From positions 1 to 64,000 of the forward strand of contig NIVC01001776.1 in the NCBI GenBank assembly GCA_002269645.1: DNA of 64,000 bases. The letters run 5' to 3'. Shown one piece after another: positions 63,884 to 64,000 of the stretch. The DNA is from Macrostomum lignano (taxonomy: Eukaryota). The notes beneath the pieces are model-generated. The model was given only the letters and a program-made list of their open reading frames with translations, made no database searches and was not told the origin of the DNA. Each line of letters starts with the position of its first letter. The stretch's first letter is position 1. Made by a program: the position numbers and the translations under genes.

Positions 63884-64000
63884 CTTGCGGGCAGTGCAAA
63901 GAGGTAATCCAAATGCATTAATTCTGTCTTCTATTGCTGCTGGAAACTTGTGCAGCTTTTCTTGTACCTTCGAGTTTGCATTTAGTCTGTCGATACGATG

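Overview
Eukaryotic (metazoan) genomic DNA: GT-AG introns, GC-rich poly-Q/poly-G coding exons, AT-rich intergenic DNA and many minisatellites. The style is consistent with a free-living flatworm such as Macrostomum, but that assignment is inference only. Genes: two tandem GT32/DXD glycosyltransferases (minus strand, one frameshifted); a 4E-BP gene whose TOS-motif codons and stop are the first unit of a 29-bp tandem array; a divergent POT/SLC15-like transporter; a cytosolic sulfotransferase; five signal peptide + PAN-like + fibrinogen-domain (FReD) genes showing patchwork sequence sharing; an orphan ORF between inverted repeats; a motorless MyTH4-FERM gene; and the last SAM-domain exon of a liprin-alpha gene. 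Mobile DNA: a decayed RTE-like LINE, an EN-RT-RNase H LINE split into two oppositely oriented halves, a mariner-type fossil, three MITEs (one with perfect 31-bp TIRs and an 8-bp TSD) and a tRNA-derived SINE family with about 9-10 fragments. Several single-base indels could be long-read assembly errors. All homology calls come from motif recognition by eye; no database searches were run.
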